Assembly: GCA_964019425.1 (NCBI GenBank)
Contig: OZ025806.1
Location: forward strand, 682,001-746,000
Length of the DNA stretch: 64,000 nt
Source: Flectonema sp. DT1601
Lineage: Eukaryota
Direction: 5' to 3'
The notes beneath the pieces were generated by a model. The model was not told the DNA's origin and ran no database searches. It saw nothing but the letters and a program-made list of their open reading frames with translations. Below, piece after piece: positions 12,405 to 22,576 of the stretch. A program made the translations under genes and the position numbers. Numbering within the stretch: the stretch's first letter is position 1; every line of letters starts with the position of its first letter.

Positions 12405-13277
12405 ATGTGTACACCTCACCCAAGGAGTGACCCTTGCTTGGGGGTGTGCAACAATGATGAATGTTGTGTTCCGATGGATTGGCGATGTTCCTTCGAATGT
12501 ATCAACGATTGGAGTTTTAGATGCATTGCAGGAAGTACGATTGTTAGTGATAACGATGACGGGATCGTGCGAGTTGTGTATTTTCCAATCGCATGTGCGG
12601 TGTTTGGAATTGGTATAGCAGTTGTGTTATTCTTCGCTTGTTGTCAAAGAGTACATCCGGCTGGTAGACCAGCTTACCCTCCCAGAGAAATAAAAGAAAC
12701 AATAATACACAGAGTTGAACAGCCTTCTCCAACTCGATCACAAGAAGTCAGAAATTTCAATAACAGTGAACCCGACAAGAATGATAATGACCTGCCAAGG
12801 GTTTCTGTGCTTACTCCGCAAATAGAAAGAACTGCACCGACTGAGGATGATTTAAGTATGCGACCTGTTGAATTATCCTACAGTGATGTTGACATTACTG
12901 AAGTTGCATCACCTTGTAGATTATTACCTTCAACTGAATCATGTGGCTTTAAGATAACACTAACTGATCAATCTCTTGTTTCTTTGTATGGTGTTAAGCG
13001 TACCTCTTCAAAGTTTACTTGTTATTGTCATCACTTTCTGTCATCAGGATCTCATTGTACATCAGGTGATAAATCATCTCTCAAGACTTGTAATGGTATA
13101 ATGTATGCGGAAACCTCTTCTGCTGCTCTCAGTTTCTTTGGTCTCAGTAATCTTACTCTTGTCTGTCGTCCGAGGCAGACTGGTCATCGAATGTGCCGTG
13201 ACTCGTTCTGTCCGTATCTCATGGCTGGTAGGGACTGTCCTTATTCAGTAGATACTGATCCTCCTGGGTTCACTTAA
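12405..13277 (+). CDS. Hypothetical single-pass membrane protein with Cys-rich N- and C-terminal regions
   Basis: Long ORF; first ATG after the poly(A) spacer is at 12405; TM segment VVYFPIACAVFGIGIAVVLFFACC; C-terminal Cys/His clusters. Confidence 0.6.
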   Translation: MCTPHPRSDPCLGVCNNDECCVPMDWRCSFECINDWSFRCIAGSTIVSDNDDGIVRVVYFPIACAVFGIGIAVVLFFACCQRVHPAGRPAYPPREIKETIIHRVEQPSPTRSQEVRNFNNSEPDKNDNDLPRVSVLTPQIERTAPTEDDLSMRPVELSYSDVDITEVASPCRLLPSTESCGFKITLTDQSLVSLYGVKRTSSKFTCYCHHFLSSGSHCTSGDKSSLKTCNGIMYAETSSAALSFFGLSNLTLVCRPRQTGHRMCRDSFCPYLMAGRDCPYSVDTDPPGFT

Positions 13278-13344
13278 ACAATCAGTTTCTTATTGTAAAA
13301 ACTAACCTTTGATTTGATTTGATTATTTGATGTGTTTCACAAGG

Positions 13345-13403
13345 TTTTTGTTTGTACACGAAACCGTGAAACCGACAAAGCTAAAAGAGGCTTATGTGTA
13401 CTG
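13345..13403. repeat. Short structured dispersed repeat, copy 1 (pair at 13820-13890)
   Basis: Shares tttttgtttgt..cacgaaaccgtgaa.ccgac..aaagctaaa..agg.tta.gtgt.ctg with 13820-13890. Confidence 0.7.
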
Positions 13404-13819
13404 GGAAAAAAAAAAAACAAGAAAAAACAAAACTGACTTCCTATTCATTCTTGTGTGGTAGCTGTTCTTGTTGTCGTTAAAGATAATAAAATAAAAAGGA
13501 AAAAGCACTTCAATTGCATCAATCATGGAAGACAAGATTATTTCTTTGTTTTTGTTTTGTTTTGTTTTTTCTTTTTTTGTCAAGGAAAACCACAAAAAAA
13601 AAAAAAAACGACCAGACGATTTGTTATAAACTTTTGTCTCTTAAAGTATTTCTGTTTTTAAAAAAAAAAAAAAAAATCCGCCAGTAAAATACCATAGGTC
13701 TGAATGGATTTAGGTTTTCTATTTTTGTGATGAATAATGTATTGATTATTTAATGAAGCAAAAAAAAAGAATTGGCTTTATCTTCAACTATACAGAAAAT
13801 AATGATATAGCAACTGTGA

Positions 13820-13890
13820 TTTTTTGTTTGTGCACACGAAACCGTGAACCGACTTAAACTGATAAAGCTAAAGGAGGTTTACGTGTGCTG
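13820..13890. repeat. Short structured dispersed repeat, copy 2
   Basis: Aligns to 13345-13403; terminal stem gcacacg/cgtgtgc. Confidence 0.7.
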
Positions 13891-13996
13891 CCAACATTCT
13901 TTTTCGTTCTTACAATACTTGTTAATTGCAAGAAAAAAAAAAAAAAACCTGATTCTTTCATCTTTCAGTACCCCTCTCCAAAAAACAAAAAAAAAT

Positions 13997-15685
13997 ATGA
14001 ATGAGGACACATCAATACACTGCGCCATCAGAGAAGGGACTGAACGAAAAAACTATACATTATCTTTTTCATCGTCTCCAACTGTAATCATTCTCATGGA
14101 GAAAATAAAAAATGTATTGGGAGTAGAGGGAACACGCTTACTGATCTACGACAGTGAGCTTCTTGAATGGAAAATACCAAAAACTAAATATATAAAAGAT
14201 GGATGTCAAACCCTAATTGAAACAAACGCAGACGTATTTCAACGGATCGCACTGTCACGGGAATCGTTGTTGCGGTATTCGATAAATAAGGGAGTTCCCT
14301 TATCGAGAGATGAAATAAGTCAAATGTGGAATCGCTGCGAGAATTCAAAATCATCGACACCCATCACATTACTAAAATTATATCCGCTATGCGCTGCTGC
14401 TTTTATCGGTCGAATTGATTTACCAGATTACAAAACAATAGAGCAATACGACGATGACTTGGAATATCAAAAACAGAAACTTGAAAATTTAAAATCCGCA
14501 GCAACAACTGCGGCAAAACAACGTTCAGAGTCTCGATATGAAATACAACTACTGACTAATAGGATATCATGTAGGGGTGATTCTATCGAGCTCCTCGAAT
14601 CAAAATATAAAAAACGAGACCTGTCTCACCAACAGTCAGAAGACGATACCTACAGCACATCGTTAGCAGTTGTTAGGCTTAGAAGTGAGTATGAATTGCG
14701 TTTAAAGAAACAATCAGTTTTGTATGATGAGAATTTGAGATGTGCTTCCTTATGTAGAGACGCGGAGGACATAAAATATCGATTATCAGACCAATTGAAA
14801 AAAAGCATTATGAGATTAGCACATGCGGAAGCTGATTGCCATCATTTTCATAAAGTTGCTGCTGATACAAGTGATAGGTTTATTAGGGCTTCTGAGTACG
14901 TTAGGAAACTTCAAAATACACCTGTTGTTGTGATGGATAATAAAAATACTATAATCACACCTCAAAACTCATTTATAAGCCCGATTGTTACTCCAATACG
15001 ATGCACTCAGACACCTGAATCACTGACATTAGATAGCAGCTGTGGACTTGTTAATAAAAACACATCACCAATCAAATATAATCCAGTATCAGCATCTGAG
15101 GAGAATATATGTGAAAGCTTTCAACAGACGAAACCGATTGTCGCGGCATCAGAAGAAATAACAAAGGAAGAACCTTCCACATCACTTGACGACTCTGTGG
15201 AAGTACAATCTGAAATTATTAATTCTAATAAAGGAACGAGTTCTACGGGTACGTCAACTGATGACTGTTGGGGGCTTCGGACATCACATTTTGACAGGAC
15301 TGTAAGTTATTCACCAGCCTTGAGAAATCATTTTCCAACCAGCCTCAGTCCTCCGCTACGTTCAGCAACCGCAACTGAAATATCCGGATACAGAGAGAGA
15401 TGGAAACAACGAAAGAAAACTTCTCGATTTAAAGAAATGACGAGTAGCTTGGCTGGTGGTGCTCCGCTTACTCCACCAACACCTGTTGTTAATAATATTA
15501 GATGGTGTAATCACGTTCCGTCTGTACCTTCTCTTAGCCCAGTTAGTTTAAGTTCAGAAAATGATTCTAAAATACAACACAACGGATCTGAAGTGGAATC
15601 TATTATAAAAGAACAACTGCTTCCATCGAATAGAGTTCCGGCAGGTGCTCATCGTTCGAGAAGAACACACGTCAAGATGCCTTAG
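13997..15685 (+). CDS. Hypothetical coiled-coil protein with Ser/Pro-rich C-terminus
   Basis: Long ORF; first plausible ATG after the poly(A) run is at 13997; heptad-like central region; no recognisable family. Confidence 0.65.
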   Translation: MNEDTSIHCAIREGTERKNYTLSFSSSPTVIILMEKIKNVLGVEGTRLLIYDSELLEWKIPKTKYIKDGCQTLIETNADVFQRIALSRESLLRYSINKGVPLSRDEISQMWNRCENSKSSTPITLLKLYPLCAAAFIGRIDLPDYKTIEQYDDDLEYQKQKLENLKSAATTAAKQRSESRYEIQLLTNRISCRGDSIELLESKYKKRDLSHQQSEDDTYSTSLAVVRLRSEYELRLKKQSVLYDENLRCASLCRDAEDIKYRLSDQLKKSIMRLAHAEADCHHFHKVAADTSDRFIRASEYVRKLQNTPVVVMDNKNTIITPQNSFISPIVTPIRCTQTPESLTLDSSCGLVNKNTSPIKYNPVSASEENICESFQQTKPIVAASEEITKEEPSTSLDDSVEVQSEIINSNKGTSSTGTSTDDCWGLRTSHFDRTVSYSPALRNHFPTSLSPPLRSATATEISGYRERWKQRKKTSRFKEMTSSLAGGAPLTPPTPVVNNIRWCNHVPSVPSLSPVSLSSENDSKIQHNGSEVESIIKEQLLPSNRVPAGAHRSRRTHVKMP

Positions 15686-16039
15686 AGAGAGTTGCAGTTC
15701 TGTCTTGCGCTCTGTCATTTGTACACACTTAGGATCTGTTTGTTGATCTTTTGTTCCGATGAGTAATCGCGAGGAAGACAACAAAATCCAAAAAAAAAAA
15801 AAAAAACATAATTTACAAAAACTAAAAATAGATTAATAGAATCGAAGCAAACCACTTTTTGTATTAGATATTATAGCACAAAAAAAAAAAAAAAAAAAAA
15901 AAAAATAGTTTTTTATTGTTAACGAAATGTTACTCTGATTTATATATCTTAACAGGAGGGAAGAAACGAATGTATCCGAAGTTGGTGTTTGCTTTGAATA
16001 ATAAACTTTACTTCACAGGACTTCAGCAAGAGTAATGAT

Positions 16040-16432
16040 ATGGGAGCTTGTCTAGCTAAGGAAGGAAAAGAAAATGAGGAAGTTCCACAACTAAATCGTC
16101 AGTGTGAACAAGATACAAATTTAAAAGTATTTGATAGAAATCGTTTTCAAAATCAACAACAGCAACAAATGTGTGTGATGACTGCATTATCAAACAGATA
16201 CTCGGCTAAATTAACTCCCTCAAAGGTCCGATCCATTACAGGACCGAGCGCTTCACCACCTGGTGGCGCAATTATACAACAAAACCCTCATCAAGCTGTT
16301 GAATATAAAACAATTTGTTTCTCACCTGAAAAAGAAAATTCACACTGCCTCGTGTACCCACCTAATAAAAGTGGTAGAGGCACTGCGAGGAGTAGACGGC
16401 ATATTAAAGACCCATCGGATCATCGACAGTAA
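16040..16432 (+). CDS. Small hypothetical protein with an N-terminal MGxC acylation motif
   Basis: 130 aa, starts MGACLAK (myristoylation/palmitoylation-type motif); lies on the coding strand. Confidence 0.55.
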   Translation: MGACLAKEGKENEEVPQLNRQCEQDTNLKVFDRNRFQNQQQQQMCVMTALSNRYSAKLTPSKVRSITGPSASPPGGAIIQQNPHQAVEYKTICFSPEKENSHCLVYPPNKSGRGTARSRRHIKDPSDHRQ

Positions 16433-16599
16433 ATTAATCTTATAACCGTCTTCGACCTTTATTGTGACTTAATAATAACAAAGGAGAGAATAGAGAAAAA
16501 GATTGTTCCCCGTTAATGTGTTTGTTAACTTTGTATTAATTTTGGTTAATACATTTTTATATTAGTATCCTTCTCCATTCCCCTCCCCGCTGTCTTCTC

Positions 16600-16638
16600 G
16601 TTGCGTGTTAACCTTGACTTGATTTATTTATCTAAGTC
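16600..16638. repeat. Short dispersed repeat (pair at 38251-38284)
   Basis: gttgcgtgttaaccttga...tttatttatc.aagtc is present at both loci. Confidence 0.65.
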
Positions 16639-17655
16639 TCTACTGTCTTCTCATCTCAAATTCAGATTTATTCGGTTTACCTTTATTGGTTGTCGTTTTT
16701 TTTTTTTTTTTTTTTTTTTTTTTTCACACAACAACAACACACACACGGAATGATCTATTGTGTGTGTGTATGTTGTGTGTTATGTTTAACGGCATAGAAA
16801 CAAAAGGCTTATCGAGTTGGTGTGTCCCCTAAATCTTGTATTACTTTGTACTGAGAATACTCTCCAGTAGTTTTCACACGTAATCTTTTAGTGGGGTATT
16901 ACTATTACTGATTCCTTTTAAAAATAACTGTCGTATCATTTGTAATTGTTTTGAATATTATTATCGTTTTGTATCTTGGAAGACAAGAGTCACACAAGAC
17001 CCTGTCAACAAGTGCTATAATGTCATGTAGTGTTCCTAAGGTACATTGCAATGACAGTGGCTCTCTTCGTTAGCAATTCGAGTGGTTTGTTTCAATTTTT
17101 CTTTCTTAATAATCTCATAGTTCTACACTACATAAATGCAAGGGGTTTTCCCGCCTGGTCCGCCTGCGTTTGCACCTGCGAATCCGTCACTTCCTGTTGG
17201 TTACGCGGCAGTTCCACAATCGACGTGCATAACAGAAAAAAAACATCAAGTGTTATTTTCTAAGGACGCAGCCTTCAATGCTGCAGATGGGTCGCCGTTG
17301 GTTGCAAGATTTCAAATTTTAAAGCCGCTGCAAGCACCAGTAGCGCCATCTCCGCCTCTGTTGTCGTAGTCTTCAGTAATACTAGTGTGTGTTATTAAAA
17401 AGCTATCAACTTGGGAATAGGGATTTTAAATTACACATCGCGATGTCCTCATGTTGTGTTAAATAGCAATAAGGTGCCAACAACAAGATCCTAATAATAA
17501 TTTCGTAAGGAAGAGCAGTCTCAGATAACTTTAAGTAATTTCTTTTTCCCCTCCTAAAAAATGGGAGATATTTACACCGTGTTTGGAAACATTATTTGAT
17601 CAAGTGACGTAGTTTATAATTATTATTTCTCATTTATCTAACAAAGTGTTACAAT

Positions 17656-19917
17656 ATGCCTCCACCAGCTAAAGAAGCAGTGGTTGTGATATGGGATGTG
17701 GGTGAAGATATGTCCAAACGCAGTAGCACTTCGTTTGATGAATGCAAAGCTTGTATAGCAGAGTTCTGCTTGAAGAAAATTCAATTTTCAAGACAAGATG
17801 AAGTGGGAGTTTTGTTGATGGGGAGTAGAGAAACTCACAATAAACTTGCTTTGACTTGTTCTGGAAAATATAATAACTTAGCGGTGTTGTCGGAGATAGG
17901 AAAACCAACAACCGACGTGATAAAACAAATTGGTAACGTCCAACGACAAACTGATGGCGGCGTCTCAGCAGATCTTATGGATGCTCTTGTTGTTGCTGGT
18001 GATATGATTCAAACAAGATGTAAAAAACTTCGATTTTCAAAAAGAATATTTTTATTCACATCTGCTGGTGATGAGGTTCGTAACAAAGATGATTTAGACA
18101 CGATTCTTACGTCTTTTGAAGCACTTGACCTATCCCTCGTAGTCGTTGCCATCGACTTTGATTATAAAACAGAAGAGATAGCTGACCTCCACGAAGACTG
18201 GCAATCAATGTCACTTAAACAACAAAATGAAAAAGTACTCTATCACATGGTATCTACCTTAGGTGGCAATTCAATATGTACGCCATCAGACACAGCCTTG
18301 CAGCGACTAACAGACTTAAGTGTTAAGGGAGTACTACAGAGAACATCAACGAGAGCTTGTCTTGAGTTTGGTGAAGATCTTAAAATACCTTTATTCATGT
18401 ATACAAAAACAAAAAAGGCATCGGTACCGACATTACAAAGAAGAAGTATACCTGCAAGAGACTTAGACTCTGATTCGAAAGGTAAAGTTGATATAGAAAG
18501 ACTGTACTACAGATCTGATGATCCAGAAGTGAGTGTTGACGAAGAGAATAAAGCTCGGGCTTATCATTATGGAGCTACTGTAGTCCCGTTTAATGAGTTG
18601 GATGTTCAGATGCTAAATTTCGATGGTGGAATACGGAGTCTAAAAGTACTCGCATTCGTTCCTTCATCATCCATACGACGTCATCACTTTCTATCAGGAA
18701 CCTATTGCATTGCAACACCACCTGGTGATATGGAAGCTCACAATGCGTTCACTCCATTATTACAAGCAATGTACGAAACTAATAACAGTGTTATTGTAAG
18801 GTTGGTAAGACATAATTACCGGGAACCAGTGATTGCGATGGCGTGGCCACACATTACAGCAAACAAAAAATGTTTATTTTTAAATGATTTACCATTCACA
18901 GAGGACCTTCGTAAGTATGATTATAAGGAATTGTCTGATGTGGTGTCACCAGAACTACTTCAGACGGTAGATGATTTAATTATGAAAATGGATTTGGAAA
19001 CTGCATTACATGAGGGAGAGGAGGCTCTTCGACCTCGAGATGTTTACAATCCGCTCATTCAGTATTTTCAGCAAGCTGTTCGACTTCGGTTGTTAAAACC
19101 CGACTTGGAACTTCCTCCAATTGATCCAAAAATCTCAACCACATGTTGTAATTGGAACTCAGACACTAACATGCTATCAAAATTCTTCGCATCAGCGAAC
19201 ACTACAATTGATCGATTGAAGGCTGTCTCAGGTGTTCGTATATCTGCTGGTGCTGGTGAAGCGAAAAAGAGAAATTTTTGGTTTGCTGATGGAAGTGGAC
19301 CAGTAACAACAACTAACAATATATTTAATGCTGAGCATGCGATGAAAAAACAAAAAACGTATTTCTCAGGAGACGGTTCTGGATCACAGAGTGACACAAA
19401 CCCAAGAAGTAGCATCGACAAGTCTCTTGGTCTCGGATCTGACCTTCTGAGAGACGGCAGGGTCATCGCTGACAAAGTAACAACAATTGCACCGACTGCA
19501 GACTTTCAGGATTTACTTCATCGTAAGGACGGTGATTTTGTCCAAACTGCTATCTCTGGAATGATGAAAGTTATTAAAGAACTACTTCAAGAATCTATCG
19601 CTACCTCTCTCCATCAAAAAGCCTTAAACTGCCTCTCAGTTCTTCGATCTGGATGTGTCACTGAGAGTGAACCCGTTGAGTTTAATCTTTTTCTTCGAGA
19701 TTTGAAATCAATGTGCTCCAACAACCGAAAATCAGGATTTTGGAAACGTGTTCAGGATAGCAAGCTGACCCTAATAACGTGTGAGGAATGCTCTGATTCT
19801 GACATAAGTAAACAAAATGCGTTGGACTTTCTTCTTGAGGGAGATGAACAAGTTGCCGTACAAGCTAAGCAGACTCCTCAGCAAGAAGAGGACGATTTGT
19901 TTGACGCCCTGGATTAG
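17656..19917 (+). CDS. KU80: Ku80 DNA end-binding protein
   Basis: N-terminal vWA domain (KEAVVVIWDVG, DEVGVLLMGS.ETHN), beta-barrel (AYHYGATVVPF, LPFTEDLRKY, NPLIQYF), C-terminal KALNCL..LRSGCV and terminal EDDLFDALD. Confidence 0.93.
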   Translation: MPPPAKEAVVVIWDVGEDMSKRSSTSFDECKACIAEFCLKKIQFSRQDEVGVLLMGSRETHNKLALTCSGKYNNLAVLSEIGKPTTDVIKQIGNVQRQTDGGVSADLMDALVVAGDMIQTRCKKLRFSKRIFLFTSAGDEVRNKDDLDTILTSFEALDLSLVVVAIDFDYKTEEIADLHEDWQSMSLKQQNEKVLYHMVSTLGGNSICTPSDTALQRLTDLSVKGVLQRTSTRACLEFGEDLKIPLFMYTKTKKASVPTLQRRSIPARDLDSDSKGKVDIERLYYRSDDPEVSVDEENKARAYHYGATVVPFNELDVQMLNFDGGIRSLKVLAFVPSSSIRRHHFLSGTYCIATPPGDMEAHNAFTPLLQAMYETNNSVIVRLVRHNYREPVIAMAWPHITANKKCLFLNDLPFTEDLRKYDYKELSDVVSPELLQTVDDLIMKMDLETALHEGEEALRPRDVYNPLIQYFQQAVRLRLLKPDLELPPIDPKISTTCCNWNSDTNMLSKFFASANTTIDRLKAVSGVRISAGAGEAKKRNFWFADGSGPVTTTNNIFNAEHAMKKQKTYFSGDGSGSQSDTNPRSSIDKSLGLGSDLLRDGRVIADKVTTIAPTADFQDLLHRKDGDFVQTAISGMMKVIKELLQESIATSLHQKALNCLSVLRSGCVTESEPVEFNLFLRDLKSMCSNNRKSGFWKRVQDSKLTLITCEECSDSDISKQNALDFLLEGDEQVAVQAKQTPQQEEDDLFDALD

Positions 19918-19951
19918 ATTACTGTGATTGAATAAGAAGAAAAAAATCGGG

Positions 19952-19982
<31 letters not shown>

Positions 19983-20322
19983 CATTGAAGTCTGAAATAC
20001 TGCTTTATCTCATTCTTTTGAAAGTATTTTATACTGCACTGTGGGATCTTTTATTATTTTTTTAAAAAAAAAAAAAAAAAAACAAAAAAAAAAAAAAAAC
20101 TTTTTTTTTTATCTGTAGTTTTTCCCTAACTAAAAAGTACTTTGTACGAGTATTTCTTTGACCAAACTATTACTGGTTTTTTTTTTTTTACCGAGTGAAA
20201 AAAAAAAAAAATAAACCAAACAAACAAAAGAACATAAATAAATGAGGTAATTTGTTATGAATAACTTTATATATACCTTAACCCAGTAATCGGAATTATC
20301 TACAAACAGAAGAACAAATAAA

Positions 20323-21156
20323 ATGACGTCTGTGTATGTGACAGACTTCCCTTCTTCGTGGAAGACGAAAGACATTTCTGACATGTTCTGCAAGATAGGA
20401 GCCGTTGATAGAGTTGACATGAAGGATGACTACTGCTTTGTGATTTACGATGATAAAAATGATGCGAGTGATGCTGTTAAAGAATTTAATAACTACGACA
20501 CGGGTAGAACTACACTCAAAGTTGAATTAGCCAGAGGAGGTGCGGGTAAATTCAAAACTCCAGACTCGAGTGAATCAAATGTTCTTTTTGTTGTAAACTT
20601 TGATAAGGATGATACTGAAGAAGAAGACATCAGTAATTTCTTCCGTGGCTTCACTCCATCAAGAATTGAGATGTGGAGGGGAGGAAAGGGAATTCGTAAC
20701 AAAAACTTTTGCTTCGTCGAGTTCAACGATGTCAGGACCGCTGCTGATGCTAAGGAGGCGATGGACGGTAAATTCTTAAGAGATCGTCAGATAACTGTTG
20801 AGTTTAAAACTGGTGAAAAAAAACCATCCCGTGGTGGTGGTGGAGGTGGTGGTGGTAGAGGAGGTCGCGACAGAGACAGACAAGACCGCGACAGATACGA
20901 CCGACCAGCTGGAGGAGGTCGTGATAGAGACAGAGATGAAAGACCAAATAGAAGGATTTCACGTGACAGAGGTGATAGAGACTTCGTAAATGATAGAAGC
21001 AGAGACTACGATCGCGGAGACAGATACGATCGCGGTGGTAGAAACGACCGTGACCGCTTCAACAACGACCGTGATAACTACAGCAGACCAAGTGGTGATC
21101 GCAACCGCCGCTACCGCTCCCGTTCAAACGACCGTCCTGCTCGTCGCTCTTACTAA
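20323..21156 (+). CDS. Two-RRM, RD/RS-rich RNA-binding (SR-like) protein
   Basis: RNP motifs SVYVTDF/DYCFVIY and VLFVVNF/NFCFVEF; Gly run then an RD/RS-rich tail. Confidence 0.88.
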   Translation: MTSVYVTDFPSSWKTKDISDMFCKIGAVDRVDMKDDYCFVIYDDKNDASDAVKEFNNYDTGRTTLKVELARGGAGKFKTPDSSESNVLFVVNFDKDDTEEEDISNFFRGFTPSRIEMWRGGKGIRNKNFCFVEFNDVRTAADAKEAMDGKFLRDRQITVEFKTGEKKPSRGGGGGGGGRGGRDRDRQDRDRYDRPAGGGRDRDRDERPNRRISRDRGDRDFVNDRSRDYDRGDRYDRGGRNDRDRFNNDRDNYSRPSGDRNRRYRSRSNDRPARRSY

Positions 21157-21431
21157 GTTGTAAGTTTACCAGTTTCAGCAAACAGATTTATCTTGGGCTC
21201 AACCAAAAGAACAAATAGCTGCAGTTCTCTTGTCAATTTGTTAGCACGTAGCCATTGGAAAAATCTACTTATGTAATAAATAAAAGATCAAGATATCTAA
21301 TTACGTCATAATACTGGAGGCACAGGTCAGGTCTCAGGGATATCTACAGCTTGTCAAAGCTTTGTTCTGTTTGCTGAAAGGTTGAGTTCCTTGTTTGGTG
21401 GGAAAGATGGGAAAAATAACAATGTAAGGGG

Positions 21432-21472
<41 letters not shown>

Positions 21473-21681
21473 AAAACAAAAGACAAGTAATAAAAGAAAG
21501 AAAACATAAAGATGTTGTTGTGGACGAAAGTACACGTACCTGTAAGTGTTGAGTGTCAGCAGATGCCCCGTTTTAAGTTTTTTTAGAAGAATTTTTTTTT
21601 TTCCTTTTTTTTTTTTTCGAGTCTTATTTTTAATCGTATTTTTGTTTTTCTAACCTAACCAGCAATAATAATAAGAAAAAA

Positions 21682-22383
21682 ATGAGAGCAGCCGCGATTA
21701 AATCTATAGTGCAGCCGGGAGCAACAGTAAACAACGTCTTAGCACAAGTGTCGGATCAACTTCCATCACTTGGAAATGGTATTTGGGAAAAATCCGACTA
21801 CAGGAGAGACGATAAGAGAAATGATGAAATATTTTATAAGAAAGCAAGATTCGAACATCACATGCAAGAAGACGGACTTCGTCACCTGTGTGAATACTAC
21901 TCAGCGAATATACCAAATGGGTTAAAACATATTGATGTTTGTTCTTCATTTGATTCTCATTTTAACACATATAAACCAAAATATTGCGTTGGAATCGGTC
22001 TTAACGGAGAAGAACTCGCTAAAAACACTGCGTTGGACTCCTTCACAGTACAAGATTTTAATGCTAACGAAGTAATCCCTTTTAAAGATGATTCTTTTGA
22101 TGTTGCTACTCACGTTGCGTCCATAGAGTATATTGTTAACCCGTTAGTTCATATGGAGCAAGTTCGTAGAGTTCTTGCTCCGTCGTCTACTTGTGTTATT
22201 GCTTTTACTACGAGAGCTTTTTGGACGAAAGCAACTCGGATTTGGAAGCAGTTAGATCACAATCAGCGTGTTGTTTTAGTAGCGTCGTATCTATCTCATG
22301 CTGGTTTTCACGATATAACAGCAGAGGAAATCACACCACCTGGTGTTGATGAGCCAATCGCTGTGGTGTGTGGAAAAGCATAG
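21682..22383 (+). CDS. SAM-dependent methyltransferase (type 11-like)
   Basis: R.D.RNDEIFY..ARF..H, IDVCSSFDSH, GIGLNGEELAKN, PFKDDSFDVATHVASIEY, RRVLAP, RAFWTKA. Confidence 0.88.
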   Translation: MRAAAIKSIVQPGATVNNVLAQVSDQLPSLGNGIWEKSDYRRDDKRNDEIFYKKARFEHHMQEDGLRHLCEYYSANIPNGLKHIDVCSSFDSHFNTYKPKYCVGIGLNGEELAKNTALDSFTVQDFNANEVIPFKDDSFDVATHVASIEYIVNPLVHMEQVRRVLAPSSTCVIAFTTRAFWTKATRIWKQLDHNQRVVLVASYLSHAGFHDITAEEITPPGVDEPIAVVCGKA

Positions 22384-22403
22384 AAACCCCCCCCTAAAAA
22401 AGG

Positions 22404-22558
22404 GTGATGAAGAGAATAGAGGTAGGAGGCATATCGATTGCTCTTGATTTATTATTCTAAGTTGCGCCATCATCCTTAGTCACTGTATCTGAAACTAATG
22501 TTAAATTATCTTTATGTTTTTTTATGATACAACGCGGTTGTAATTTTTACAAAAATTG
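22404..22558 (+). mobile_element. Diverged short 3'-end derivative of the Penelope-like element
   Basis: Aligns to the element's last ~170 nt (tgatga..gagaatagaggta..ctaagttgcg..cttagtcactgtat..aaactaatgttaaattatc). Flanked by near-identical direct repeats aacccccccc(t)aaaaaagg at 22385-22403 and 22559-22576. Confidence 0.85.
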
Positions 22559-22576
22559 AACCCCCCCCAAAAAAGG

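Noticed and set aside
17136..17369. 77-aa Pro-rich ORF on +
   Set aside because: Plausible composition but short, with no motif or other support; cannot be called.
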